Source: Candidatus Anderseniibacteriota bacterium (GTDB lineage Bacteria > Patescibacteriota > Andersenbacteria > UBA10190). From it: DNA of 64,000 nt. Each line of letters starts with the position of its first letter. The stretch's first letter is position 1. Shown in pieces: positions 1 to 8,904 of this stretch. The position numbers and the translations under genes were made by a program. The stretch is taken from NCBI GenBank assembly GCA_021414205.1, contig JAIOOW010000002.1:215062-279061 (forward strand). The letters run 5' to 3'. The notes under the pieces were generated by a model, which was not told the origin of the DNA, made no database searches, and saw only the letters and a program-made list of their open reading frames with translations.

Positions 1-213
1 CAGAATGCTCATGGTTTGTATGGCACTCAGCGCATTTGTGAATGCAATCACGATAGCGTGCGTACTCTACTTCCGACAATTCGCCTCGTAGTTGTACGCG
101 GCAACAAACCAGTTCCTTCCACGACCGCACGGTATATCCTGCGGTCTTTTATTTATTGGATATATCTCGATGCCGTTACAGCACGATGCGAATGGAGATT
201 TTGGAGATGGTAA
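1..213 (+). CDS. 3' end of a hypothetical protein (runs off the window start)
   Basis: Frame 1 is open from position 1 to TAA at 211-213 and is followed by a terminator-like hairpin; no recognisable motif. Confidence 0.4.
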   Translation, partial: QNAHGLYGTQRICECNHDSVRTLLPTIRLVVVRGNKPVPSTTARYILRSFIYWIYLDAVTARCEWRFWRW

Positions 214-231
214 GAATTGCTTGGGCAAAAG

Positions 232-265
232 AAAAAAGAGCTTGGTCAGAGCTCTTTATTGTTTT
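232..265. terminator. Bidirectional intrinsic terminator
   Basis: AAAGAGCT (235-242) / AGCTCTTT (250-257) inverted repeat flanked by A- and T-rich tracts, between convergent ORFs. Confidence 0.55.
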
Positions 266-287
266 ATGACCACAGAAACAGTTCACA

Positions 288-644
288 TTAGTGACTCAGA
301 TGCGAGACAGCATCCATACAAAAGGCGGCGTAGAAGTCTCTTAACAATTCCCTTTTAATATAGATATAAGCCTGCATCTCCACCTGCCCACATATAAGCA
401 TAAGGCTAGCATACCCTCGCTTCATGAAGGGAGTGATTGGTGACTGCTCAAAACAAGTTACCCCGATTGGGATAGGTATCCCTGAAGTTAAGTCTTCAAT
501 CTTTCCACGTACTTTGAGTTGCAACACAAAAGGGGTCACCGTCTCGCCGATAACGATTTCTCCTGAATTCATAGTCGTGGTGATTTCATTTCCCTTCTTC
601 AGGTTTTGAATCCGTACAACAACTTCGCCGCTTACTTGAAACAT
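288..644 (-). CDS. Hypothetical protein (118 aa)
   Basis: ORF with upstream TTGACA-17-TATTTT promoter, AGGA SD-like site and downstream terminator; no family motif. Confidence 0.6.
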   Translation of the reverse strand: MFQVSGEVVVRIQNLKKGNEITTTMNSGEIVIGETVTPFVLQLKVRGKIEDLTSGIPIPIGVTCFEQSPITPFMKRGYASLMLICGQVEMQAYIYIKRELLRDFYAAFCMDAVSHLSH

Positions 645-662
645 ATCGTTATCCTATCTTGT

Positions 663-752
663 AAATGTGAAAGAGCTTTTACGCTCCGACTGCAAAAACT
701 TGGTTGTTACACAACAACTGATAAAAATACTATATAAATAATATATTGTCAA
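663..752 (-). promoter_or_regulatory. Sigma70 promoter plus boxA-like leader element
   Basis: TTGACA (752-747), 17 nt spacer, TATTTT (729-724); GCTCTTTCACATTT (676-663) resembles rrn boxA TGCTCTTTAACA. Confidence 0.55.
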
Positions 753-822
753 TGTGATGGACATCGCCCGATGCCATTGAAATACGAACAATACAATCAA
801 TGAGTAGATCAACTACTAATTG

Positions 823-901
823 TTGACACTATGCAATTTTCCCACTACATTCACCAAGTTGCTATTTAGGTATGTTATTTTGACCTTTCAAAACTCGGAG
901 G
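823..901 (+). promoter_or_regulatory. Sigma70 promoter, boxA-like element and SD
   Basis: TTGACA (823-828), 17 nt, TACATT (846-851); GACCTTTCAAAAC (882-894); GGAGG (897-901). Confidence 0.6.
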
Positions 902-906
902 AAGCA

Positions 907-1347
907 ATGAAGGAAAAAGGCAGTCTGCGATCTTGTTTGCTCAAAACAATTCATCACACCGAAATGGCCAACGTTGCTTCAATGATCGAACTAGGAAGCG
1001 GTGTCGATGAATGGCAGTACCGCGCAGATTTGGTACGAACAAACATCGAAGCAGCTCAAAAGCAGGCAGAAGTATTGATGGCGGCTGTAGCTGTAAAAGC
1101 TACTGAAAGAGAAGATATCCAGGAACTCCTGCAAGGTATTCTCAAGAGATTCCAGATTTCTCTGAACTACTTCAGCGACACGTGGAAACGTATCCCAAGA
1201 ATGGTGATCATCCTGTACGTTCGCACTGAAGTTTCCATTGCATCGCTGCAACTCGATCTCTTTACTTCGTGGATAAAACCTGAAGAGAATCCAGAAATTT
1301 ATGCCGCACTCACTGCACAGGTTGTCGAATTTGGACACGACGACTAA
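907..1347 (+). CDS. Hypothetical helical protein (~146 aa)
   Basis: ORF 820..1347; start moved to ATG 907 because the promoter lies at 823-851 and GGAGG precedes 907. Confidence 0.65.
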   Translation: MKEKGSLRSCLLKTIHHTEMANVASMIELGSGVDEWQYRADLVRTNIEAAQKQAEVLMAAVAVKATEREDIQELLQGILKRFQISLNYFSDTWKRIPRMVIILYVRTEVSIASLQLDLFTSWIKPEENPEIYAALTAQVVEFGHDD

Positions 1348-1378
1348 AGAGAGTTTCTCCAAATCCTCGGCAGTCTCA

Positions 1379-1412
1379 ATCGTCGCATTTCTCAATGTGA
1401 CGATTTTTATTT
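1379..1412. terminator. Intrinsic terminator between the hypothetical gene and tmRNA
   Basis: ATCGTCGCATT / AATGTGACGAT stem (one G-U pair) followed by a T-tract. Confidence 0.6.
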
Positions 1413-1422
1413 ATTTAAGATG

Positions 1423-1824
1423 TGGACATGGGCGGAATTGAACCGCCGTGACAAATGGTATTTCAATGGGAGTTTTTCCGTGTGCAGCTGATTTAAGTTA
1501 CGCATACTGATACAAGAATCAGCAAAGATACCACTATGCGTATCGCATATGTGCATTCTCGTTTTCCCTATGCGAAGCAAAGAAAACGATATCCGCCTAC
1601 ATAACACCGAATAACCTACCCGACGGATGATGGTTACCGATGGCTACCGAATTTAAGCGATAGCTGTCGCAAATGAAGGCGCAAATGCGTTAGCAAAAGC
1701 AACTTTCACGCGAGACATAACGTTTGCACGTAACAGATGTGTTGATTGGAATTTACGTGGATTCAACACGATTCACGACACGCTCTTCATTAAAATGTTC
1801 ACTTGTTCGAGGCCTAGCATGCCC
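1423..1824 (-). ncRNA. ssrA: tmRNA
   Basis: 5' GGGCATG pairs with 3' CATGTCC-A (G3-U alanine identity pair); T-arm GGCGGTTCAATTCCGCC; internal tag ORF 1727-1653 ANVMSRVKVAFANAFAPSFATAIA*; directly downstream of smpB on the same strand. Confidence 0.93.
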
Positions 1825-1833
1825 GTAAAAAAA

Positions 1834-2283
1834 TTACTCTTTTCCTCGTAAGAAGATTTCTGCTTCTCGTTTGATATCTTTTTCGCGCTGTTGCTCTTTT
1901 TTATTGTGCAACTTTTTTCCTTTCGCGAGACCGATTTCAACCTTTAAAACAGAACCTTTATTATATACTCGAATTGGCACTATTGTCAACCCCGTATGCG
2001 AGATCTTCCCTGTAAGATATTTCAACTCTTCCGCAGATAATAGCAATCTGCGAGACCGAGTTTGATCATACGATTTTGGCGTATTTGCTATCTGCCATGG
2101 CGGTATAGTTGCGTTGGTTAATTCTGCATTACCGTTGTGCATAGTAACGTATGCCCCCTTGAGGCTCATATGGCCGGCACGAACGGACTTTACCTCAGTA
2201 CCAAGCAATACCAAGCCAGCCTCGAATGTTTCAAGAATTTCGAAGTCAAAATGCGCCCGTTTGTTATATGCTAGATCGGACAT
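1834..2283 (-). CDS. smpB: SsrA-binding protein SmpB
   Basis: NKRAHFDF, EAGLVLLGTEVKSVR, RSRRLLL, GKKLHNK motifs. Confidence 0.97.
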   Translation of the reverse strand: MSDLAYNKRAHFDFEILETFEAGLVLLGTEVKSVRAGHMSLKGAYVTMHNGNAELTNATIPPWQIANTPKSYDQTRSRRLLLSAEELKYLTGKISHTGLTIVPIRVYNKGSVLKVEIGLAKGKKLHNKKEQQREKDIKREAEIFLRGKE

Positions 2284-2318
2284 AGCTATACTGTAGCATT
2301 TTTCGGTTATAATTAAAC

Positions 2319-2891
2319 ATGATGATTAATGTACGAAATCCGCGAGACAAAGCACTAACCCCCATATTGCGATTTCTCACGCAATATAAGATAGCGCCAA
2401 ACATGGTGAGCATTGCCGGAATTATCAGCATGGTACTTTTTGGCATAGCCACGTATCTGCATATTTATTACGTTTCGATCATATTTCTTACACTCAGCGT
2501 ACTTGCGGATCTGCTCGACGGTTCGCTCGCGAGATTTCAGCATGCCTCAACGGAAGCTGGGAAAAAATTCGACCTAATCGCAGACGGCATAACGTTTACG
2601 GTATTCATGATTGCAATCGGACTTGCCCATCTACTCAGTCTTGTAGTAGCGATAATCATTATTATATTGCAAATAATTTTAACCGTTAAAAGCACTAATA
2701 AGGCAATTGCCAGTACAGCGCATACCGGCGTGCAGCTTCATGAGGTACAAGGATTTTGGATTGCAATAAGCTTGGTAAAAGCGATTATGTACGTAAGTTT
2801 TATTATTGAAATTTTCTCCTCAACAACAGCAGTGCCGATTATGCGGCTTATTGCAATTTTCATCCTTGCATTCGGAATTATAAAACGATAA
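2319..2891 (+). CDS. CDP-alcohol phosphatidyltransferase family protein
   Basis: DLLDGSLAR...GKKFDLIAD matches DxxDGxxAR...GxxxDxxxD; hydrophobic. Confidence 0.88.
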   Translation: MMINVRNPRDKALTPILRFLTQYKIAPNMVSIAGIISMVLFGIATYLHIYYVSIIFLTLSVLADLLDGSLARFQHASTEAGKKFDLIADGITFTVFMIAIGLAHLLSLVVAIIIIILQIILTVKSTNKAIASTAHTGVQLHEVQGFWIAISLVKAIMYVSFIIEIFSSTTAVPIMRLIAIFILAFGIIKR

Positions 2892-2943
2892 ATTTAGTAC
2901 CAGTGGAAAAATCCTTATTGCACCTTTTGCAGGAGGCACTATC

Positions 2944-3129
2944 GTGTCGCAAGCTGTAAATCAACAACCTACTACCAAGCCCGCAAATCGAGACAGCAAC
3001 GACCTTGATCGCGACGGCTGGAACAACGGAAACGGAACACAGCACGTAACAAGAGAATCGCAAACCCGCGAACCTACAAAGAGTTTTTCGGGTGGCCTCG
3101 ATTTCACTCCAGGTGGCTGGCTTGAATAA
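2944..3129 (+). CDS. Small hydrophilic hypothetical protein (61 aa)
   Basis: GGAGG 7 nt before GTG; TTGCAT-17-TAAATT promoter (2866-2894); strong terminator directly after the stop. Confidence 0.5.
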   Translation: MSQAVNQQPTTKPANRDSNDLDRDGWNNGNGTQHVTRESQTREPTKSFSGGLDFTPGGWLE

Positions 3130-3145
3130 TCCTTCGCCCCTCAAT

Positions 3146-3177
3146 CCTCGCAAGAATGGACGCTTGCGAGGTTTTTT
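3146..3177 (+). terminator. Intrinsic terminator
   Basis: CCTCGCAAG / CTTGCGAGG stem followed by TTTTTT. Confidence 0.75.
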
Positions 3178-3188
3178 ATTTCACAATC

Positions 3189-3217
3189 TTGCTTTTTGCC
3201 TCGTAAAACGCTATTAT
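3189..3217 (+). promoter_or_regulatory. Sigma70 promoter of infC (leaderless)
   Basis: TTGCTT (3189-3194), 17 nt, TATTAT (3212-3217), 7 nt before ATG 3225. Confidence 0.55.
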
Positions 3218-3224
3218 ACGGGCT

Positions 3225-3776
3225 ATGCCAAGCAGAAGACGGCGGTATCGCCACAGACCAAAACCGGTAGAAAAGAAACCTCCGGCAAACGAAGAAATCA
3301 CCGCACCAGAAGTGCGCGTTGTCGGGCTTGAAGGAGAACAGATGGGCGTATTCCCTATTGCGGAAGCAATTGCAAAGGCGCAAGAAATCGGAACCGACCT
3401 CGTTATGGTTGCGGACAAAGCAAACCCTCCTGTTGTTCGTATTATGGATATGGGGAAGCACTTATACGAGAAACGAAAGAAAGATGCCAAACAGAAGGCT
3501 AAAAGCAAAGGAAAAGACATTAAAGGTATTCGAATTGGCCTAAAAACAGACGATCATGACTGGAATATGCGCCTGAACCAAGCTGCCGGCTTTTTGGCAG
3601 AAGGTCACAAGGTAAAGCTTGAAATTAAGCTTCGAGGACGCGAAAAACAGCGTTTTGACCTTGCAGAAGAACGAATCAAGGAGTTCGTAGCGGGCGTGCC
3701 CGGCGGCGCAAAGCCAGCGGATACGTTTTCTCGAGCAGCAAACGGCCTCACGGTATTATTGACGAAAATCAGCTAA
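3225..3776 (+). CDS. infC: Translation initiation factor IF-3
   Basis: NEEITAPEVRVV, DLVMVADKANPPVVRIMD, GHKVKL, RGRE; infC-rpmI-rplT order. Confidence 0.96.
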   Translation: MPSRRRRYRHRPKPVEKKPPANEEITAPEVRVVGLEGEQMGVFPIAEAIAKAQEIGTDLVMVADKANPPVVRIMDMGKHLYEKRKKDAKQKAKSKGKDIKGIRIGLKTDDHDWNMRLNQAAGFLAEGHKVKLEIKLRGREKQRFDLAEERIKEFVAGVPGGAKPADTFSRAANGLTVLLTKIS

Positions 3777-3796
3777 TCACCTACCATATAAAGATT

Positions 3797-3994
3797 ATGA
3801 AACAAAAGACAAAAAAGTCTGCATCAAAGCGATTCTTTATCTCCTCAACGGGAAAAGTTCAGCGTCGTTCTATCGGCCAAGCGCATTTTAACGGACTTGA
3901 ATCTGGTAATAAGACACGAAAAAAGCATAATGACAAGCAAATTCACAAGGCTGATGCTCGTCGTATTGACAAATTAATGCCGTACGCTAAATAA
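3797..3994 (+). CDS. rpmI: 50S ribosomal protein bL35
   Basis: KTKKSASKRF..SSTGKV motif; operon position. Confidence 0.95.
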   Translation: MKQKTKKSASKRFFISSTGKVQRRSIGQAHFNGLESGNKTRKKHNDKQIHKADARRIDKLMPYAK

Positions 3995-4003
3995 TATACT
4001 CCT

Positions 4004-4351
4004 ATGCCACGAGCACCCCGAAGTATTCCTAAGCGAAATCGACACAAGAAATGGCTGAAACGAGCCAAAGGTTTTCGTAATCGACGAAGCACCATCTTTA
4101 AGCTTGCAAAAGAAGCTGTATTAAAGGCAGGCCAATATGCATTCCGAGACCGCCGAAAGAAAAAGGCAGTATTTCGATCCACCTGGCAGGTTACTATCAA
4201 TGCAGCTGTTCGCCCGCTTGGACTCACCTACTCAAAGTTCATTCATGCGCTTCGAACTCATAAAGTAGCGCTCGATCGACAAGTAATGGCCGAACTTGCT
4301 CACAAACAATCCGACATATTCGCACGCATCGTTGAACAAGTAAAGAAATAA
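4004..4351 (+). CDS. rplT: 50S ribosomal protein bL20
   Basis: AKGFR, YAFRDRRKKK, INAAVR, YSKFI motifs. Confidence 0.97.
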   Translation: MPRAPRSIPKRNRHKKWLKRAKGFRNRRSTIFKLAKEAVLKAGQYAFRDRRKKKAVFRSTWQVTINAAVRPLGLTYSKFIHALRTHKVALDRQVMAELAHKQSDIFARIVEQVKK

Positions 4352-4357
4352 CATTCA

Positions 4358-4387
4358 TACACTACCGGCCTACAGGCCGGTAGTGTA
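4358..4387. terminator. Perfect inverted repeat after rplT (terminator or stabiliser)
   Basis: TACACTACCGGCCT / AGGCCGGTAGTGTA; weak U-tract. Confidence 0.55.
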
Positions 4388-4399
4388 GTATTACTGCAT

Positions 4400-5341
4400 A
4401 TGAAAATTATTGTTACAGGCGGAGCAGGATTTATAGGCAGTCATCTTATAAAGCGATTACTCGACAGAGGAGACTCCGTTATTTGCGTTGATAACTTTTT
4501 TACCGGACAACGAAAAAATATAGAACAGTTTTTACATAACCCAAATTTCTCCCTTATAGAACACGACATCGTTCAGCCGTTGGAGGGCGTAGAGGCGGAT
4601 CAAATCTACAACCTTGCATGCCCGGCATCCCCAGTGCACTACCAATTCAATCCAATTAAGACAGTGAAAACTTCGACGATTGGGATGATTAATATGCTGG
4701 GGCTGGCAAAAAGGTGCGGGGCAAGAATTCTACAAGCGTCAACGTCGGAAGTATACGGCGACCCGCACGAGCATCCGCAAAAAGAAACCTATTGGGGTAA
4801 TGTAAATACGATCGGCCCGCGCAGCTGTTACGACGAAGGCAAACGAGTTGCAGAAACGCTCTGCATGGATTACCACCGAGAACATGGCTTGGATATCCGC
4901 ATTATCAGAATTTTCAACACCTACGGGCCGAACATGCATCCCGAAGATGGCCGAGTAGTGAGCAATTTTATCGTTGAAGCGTTGGCTAATAAGCCCATTA
5001 CCATATATGGAGACGGCACCCAGACACGATCCTTTTGCTATGTCGATGACTTAGTAAACGGCATCATGGCAATGATGGATCAAGATGGATTTATCGGACC
5101 GGTGAACTTAGGAAATCCCGTGGAATTTTCGATGAAAGAACTTGCGGAAAAAGTTATCGCACTCACGGGAACATCATCAGAAATCATCTACATGCCGCTC
5201 CCTCAAGACGATCCAAAACAGCGTCAGCCAGATATTTCCGTTGCAAAAGAAAAGCTCCATTGGGAGCCAACAATCAATCTCGAAGAAGGCTTACAGAAAA
5301 CAATCGAATATTTTGAATCACTCTTGACGCAATCGAAATAA
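4400..5341 (+). CDS. UDP-glucuronic acid decarboxylase (UDP-xylose synthase-like SDR)
   Basis: [58 protein letters not shown]. Confidence 0.92.
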   Translation: MKIIVTGGAGFIGSHLIKRLLDRGDSVICVDNFFTGQRKNIEQFLHNPNFSLIEHDIVQPLEGVEADQIYNLACPASPVHYQFNPIKTVKTSTIGMINMLGLAKRCGARILQASTSEVYGDPHEHPQKETYWGNVNTIGPRSCYDEGKRVAETLCMDYHREHGLDIRIIRIFNTYGPNMHPEDGRVVSNFIVEALANKPITIYGDGTQTRSFCYVDDLVNGIMAMMDQDGFIGPVNLGNPVEFSMKELAEKVIALTGTSSEIIYMPLPQDDPKQRQPDISVAKEKLHWEPTINLEEGLQKTIEYFESLLTQSK

Positions 5342-5401
5342 TAAGATAGGGTTGGCATCTCGTTCTTTTACCTATTTCGCGTACTACTCAATGAAAGGTG
5401 A
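5324..5401 (+). promoter_or_regulatory. Sigma70 promoter, boxA-like element and SD
   Basis: TTGACG (5324-5329), 17 nt, TAGGGT (5347-5352); GTTCTTTTACC (5362-5372); AAAGGTGA before ATG 5405. Confidence 0.5.
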
Positions 5402-5404
5402 GCT

Positions 5405-5662
5405 ATGCCACTGTGGTCAAGCATCGCTCCCAATGTACTGGCAGCGTGCGAAGAAATTGAAGACTATTGGAAAAAATACGGGTACAGGATAGTGGGATGG
5501 AAGATGGCTAATACTCGTACGATATATTACACAGTCATCAACCCCAAGAATGTCTGCAGGAAATTTCGCGTCAGCAATCACCTCCCCCGAGACGCTACGG
5601 AATGGGAATTAGCTGAATGCTCGAACGGAGTAATCATTCACAGCAAATTCATTGAACGTTGA
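5405..5662 (+). CDS. Hypothetical protein (85 aa)
   Basis: ORF with its own promoter, SD and terminator. Confidence 0.6.
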   Translation: MPLWSSIAPNVLAACEEIEDYWKKYGYRIVGWKMANTRTIYYTVINPKNVCRKFRVSNHLPRDATEWELAECSNGVIIHSKFIER

Positions 5663-5664
5663 CG

Positions 5665-5705
5665 AGCCCCTACCTGGCACATGTCAGATACGGGGCTTCT
5701 TTTTT
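5665..5705 (+). terminator. Intrinsic terminator
   Basis: AGCCCC...GGGGCT imperfect stem plus T-tract. Confidence 0.6.
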
Positions 5706-6132
5706 ATCTCACACAATCAGGGCCGGCTGCAGAGACGGTAATGTTTTGCCACGCGATAACACTCTTATCCGCCGCACTTAAGATTTCAATACTTGCCGAA
5801 CCTTCCGGAATAGAACATGGAATTTGAATACTTGCAGTTCCTGCAAAAAATGGGGTCTCTTTTAATACTTGAACACCCTGCTTTGATCGCACCGCTACTT
5901 GCGCTTGCTGAGATGGAACTGAGCTTGGAGTATCCCAGCGAATAACAGTCTGCTCTCCTGCCTGCAATGGGCTCACGATATGCATTCCGATGCGCGTGAT
6001 TGTCGTATCATTTGAGCGAATAGATACGTTACCGATGATATTGATCAATATACCAATAAATAGCAGACAAATAGCCCCTAATCCGAAATATGCCCACCGT
6101 TGCTGTTTCTTATTCTTGTTCATGGGTTGCAC
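5704..6132 (-). CDS. Hypothetical membrane-anchored protein with a beta-rich ectodomain
   Basis: N-terminal TM helix; two Cys; overlaps the prsW 3' end. Confidence 0.7.
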   Translation of the reverse strand: MQPMNKNKKQQRWAYFGLGAICLLFIGILINIIGNVSIRSNDTTITRIGMHIVSPLQAGEQTVIRWDTPSSVPSQQAQVAVRSKQGVQVLKETPFFAGTASIQIPCSIPEGSASIEILSAADKSVIAWQNITVSAAGPDCVR

Positions 6133-7048
6133 TATATATAGTACGCGCTGATTTATTAGTATTCAACCATGGCGCATTAATGTTCCAAGGAGAATCGGTA
6201 ATCTTCATAGCTCTCTTTAGCATCGCAACATCTGGAGATTCCGGTGCGCGCGGATTCTCCAAAAACGCGCCATCTTGCCGATGAATAATAGAAAACTCCC
6301 GTTTCATAGTCCAGGAGATGAGGACAAAGAGTGCTGCAATTAACACGCAGATTGCATATAATCCGTACCCTATCCCTAACAATAAATCGAATGTCCCATG
6401 CAAGAACCAGGGGATAAGGAAAGCGGGAATGAAAAATTTATTTGGCCGGAATATTTGAAACGTTCCCTGCGCAATGAGGGCGCCCATAAGCCCCGCAAAG
6501 CAGATATGCGCAAGCGTCGAGATAATAAATCGCAAGAAAAAAACGAACACCAAGGTATCGTATTGTTGACTGGTAAGCAAATCATGAAAATACAGCGTAT
6601 TTTCCAATGTTGAAAATCCAAGTCCGACCGCAACTCCGATTAATAATCCATCGAATACCTGATTTATCCTTTTACTTCTCGACATCCAAAATCGCATCGC
6701 TACGTACCGCAGCCCCTCCTCAATCGGAGCAACTATGAAAAATGTAGCAAGCGCAGGCAATAAGACATCGAGTGGGGATAATAGCGGCAAAATTGCACCC
6801 GAATAATAATGCTCCGTTGCAGGAGATATAATCCCCCAAATCTGATCCGCTTTTTTCTCCAGCCAAAATGCGGGCTCAACCAATATAAGTCCGATTCCGA
6901 ACGCCATAGCTACGGTTGTAGGCGGCACGTTCCTGGTGCGATTCCGCAAATACCACATCCACAAGAAAAACCCAGCAGGAAGCAAGCTTAATAAGAATGC
7001 TACGATCGCAATCGAAACGCCCACTGGCAATACAATAGGGTCACCCAT
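6110..7048 (-). CDS. PrsW family intramembrane glutamic protease
   Basis: APIEEGLRY, GLGFSTLEN, HICF, HGTFD motifs; multi-TM. Confidence 0.9.
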   Translation of the reverse strand: MGDPIVLPVGVSIAIVAFLLSLLPAGFFLWMWYLRNRTRNVPPTTVAMAFGIGLILVEPAFWLEKKADQIWGIISPATEHYYSGAILPLLSPLDVLLPALATFFIVAPIEEGLRYVAMRFWMSRSKRINQVFDGLLIGVAVGLGFSTLENTLYFHDLLTSQQYDTLVFVFFLRFIISTLAHICFAGLMGALIAQGTFQIFRPNKFFIPAFLIPWFLHGTFDLLLGIGYGLYAICVLIAALFVLISWTMKREFSIIHRQDGAFLENPRAPESPDVAMLKRAMKITDSPWNINAPWLNTNKSARTIYSATHEQE

Positions 7049-7060
7049 TGATGTAGTATA

Positions 7061-7471
7061 TCACGAGGTGCGAATCAGCGATGACTTGTATTGCTCAGGC
7101 TTATGCGCAGGCAGCCGAACTACTTTGACGTTCGGCTTTCCGATAGTTCCCAAAATCGCCCACACGTCCTCATCGGAGGGTTTTTGATCATACCCCAAGG
7201 CCAATATATCAAAATCAAGATTTTTCAATAATGCGTATGATCTCGGATCTTCATCGCCAAGCACCGCCTCATCAACATCTGGATTTTCTTGAACGGCCTG
7301 CAAGCGTTCCTGTTCTGAAATATGATGTGAACGCTGCTTTTCAATCGAGATAGTTGCATCGCGGGACACCACAACAATCAAATAATCCCCCATCTTTTTC
7401 GCTTCTCGAAATAAAAATTCGTGCCCAGGATGGAGCGGATCAAACGTGCCGAACACGACTATTTTTTTCAT
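7061..7471 (-). CDS. Cytidylyltransferase-like protein / archaeal-type FAD synthase (RibL-like)
   Basis: FGTFDPLHPGH (HxGH), LGYDQ, YKSS. Confidence 0.85.
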   Translation of the reverse strand: MKKIVVFGTFDPLHPGHEFLFREAKKMGDYLIVVVSRDATISIEKQRSHHISEQERLQAVQENPDVDEAVLGDEDPRSYALLKNLDFDILALGYDQKPSDEDVWAILGTIGKPNVKVVRLPAHKPEQYKSSLIRTS

Positions 7472-7473
7472 AT

Positions 7474-7782
7474 CTATTTTGCTGGCGGTATGTAGAATAC
7501 CGAGCTGTTTACTACGGGATTTTTTTTGGCAGACTCTTCCTTAAGAGATGCATACTTCTGGACCTCGGTAAGGGCGGATTTCGCGACAGAGACAGAACTT
7601 TGAACGGTTACTTGTAAATCAGGAGGAATAACGGGCGACTGCAACGCATATACATATACGACAATTGCGGCACACACTCCACCGATAGCAAAGAAGAGTA
7701 TTGATATAATAGACATGCTGTACAATACCACATGCAAAATAGAGTTTTTTATTCGCTGCATGATATTGGAAAAAGAATTCAT
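7474..7782 (-). CDS. Hypothetical membrane protein directly downstream of pilO
   Basis: Long hydrophobic segment; abuts pilO and the FAD synthase gene. Confidence 0.6.
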   Translation of the reverse strand: MNSFSNIMQRIKNSILHVVLYSMSIISILFFAIGGVCAAIVVYVYALQSPVIPPDLQVTVQSSVSVAKSALTEVQKYASLKEESAKKNPVVNSSVFYIPPAK

Positions 7783-7783
7783 A

Positions 7784-8362
7784 TTATTTCAAAATACTAA
7801 TAACAATATCCGCCTCAAGAGAACTCCCCTGAGGAGCATTCGGCAAAGGCGATGTTGCAGGTACGGACGAGAAAAAATTCAGCGCTACAACGTGCGTCGT
7901 ATCGATACTCCACGATGCCACATACAACAAATACGGAAGCTGCTCGATACGATACAAAAATCCCATGAGCGCCGTTGGCGTGCCAGATGCGCTAATGTGA
8001 AAACGAACATCGTCTAACGGGTCGCTTACAGGCGAGCCCTTTGTTGTGTTTTGAGTAACTTGCGGAACTTGGGCAGACACCCCTGCCAATACAGCAGTTC
8101 CCTGGATCGCACGCACCACTTCCGGCAAGCCGTCTCGCCGCACAGTCATTTTTTGCAATGAATCCATTTTACTCTGCGCATCGGATAGCTCCTTCTTCAA
8201 ACGATCTGTTTCCTGCATTTCCTTGGGAGCGGAATCAATACGCTGCTGGCGCATGGCAACATCTGAGCGAATCGAAAGAAGCTTTACGTGCGCAAAACCA
8301 ATAGCAACAAGCGCAACGACGATCAAGATAAGTAAAAAAATATTTGCTTTAGAAAATATCAT
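7784..8362 (-). CDS. pilO: Type IV pilus assembly protein PilO-like
   Basis: TM, coiled coil, then ferredoxin-like domain (ISASGT...FLYRIEQLPY); follows pilM and pilN. Confidence 0.75.
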   Translation of the reverse strand: MIFSKANIFLLILIVVALVAIGFAHVKLLSIRSDVAMRQQRIDSAPKEMQETDRLKKELSDAQSKMDSLQKMTVRRDGLPEVVRAIQGTAVLAGVSAQVPQVTQNTTKGSPVSDPLDDVRFHISASGTPTALMGFLYRIEQLPYLLYVASWSIDTTHVVALNFFSSVPATSPLPNAPQGSSLEADIVISILK

Positions 8363-8904
8363 AGAACTCCCCCATTATCTGCTTTTCTCACGATCGTGAA
8401 TACGGCGATTGCATCTGGCGATTGCGCAAAGTTTTGCAGCGGCGCATCAACATGATCTACCCATGGGAGCGATTCAAGCGCATGCTGATACTGCACTACA
8501 ACATCGCCATTAATTGCCTTTCCGGTTACAACTAGCGCTTCAGGATTCTCGGTCAACTCAAGTTTCGTAACTTTAATCCCAGTAGGCACAGCAGCAAATA
8601 GTTCCTGTATATGAATCGCCCAGCGAGGATTAGTAGTAATGCGTCGATCCATTGCCTGAATAACTACATTCAACGAAGAAATACTCTTCTCAACATCCGA
8701 CCGATTCTTCCCCTGCTCTTGCAATCTTGTATCGAGCGAGTTTCGAATAATGATATTTGCCTCTAACGAAGCGCCATATGCTATTAAAACAATCATGCAT
8801 AATGCAAACAACGCAGTTAATAGCGACTGCAACCGATGGCGTGCAACGAGCGCCATTCTTGCTGTTCGAGCTTCGGGAGATAGTAAATTAATTTCTGATT
8901 TCAT
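8359..8904 (-). CDS. pilN: Type IV pilus assembly protein PilN
   Basis: N-terminal INLL motif, TM, VPTGIKVTKL, VTGKA. Confidence 0.85.
   Translation of the reverse strand: MKSEINLLSPEARTARMALVARHRLQSLLTALFALCMIVLIAYGASLEANIIIRNSLDTRLQEQGKNRSDVEKSISSLNVVIQAMDRRITTNPRWAIHIQELFAAVPTGIKVTKLELTENPEALVVTGKAINGDVVVQYQHALESLPWVDHVDAPLQNFAQSPDAIAVFTIVRKADNGGVL

Noticed and set aside
1407-1607. 66-aa ORF on the minus strand
   Set aside because: Lies within the structured 3' half of tmRNA; not a protein gene
1591-1652. Short recurring ACCGA words suggesting a repeat array
   Set aside because: Inside tmRNA, consistent with pairing segments; too short and irregular for CRISPR
2900-3224. Possible L20 leader or attenuator upstream of infC
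   Set aside because: infC has its own promoter 7 nt before its ATG, downstream of the terminator, leaving no leader; not formally excluded without an Rfam scan
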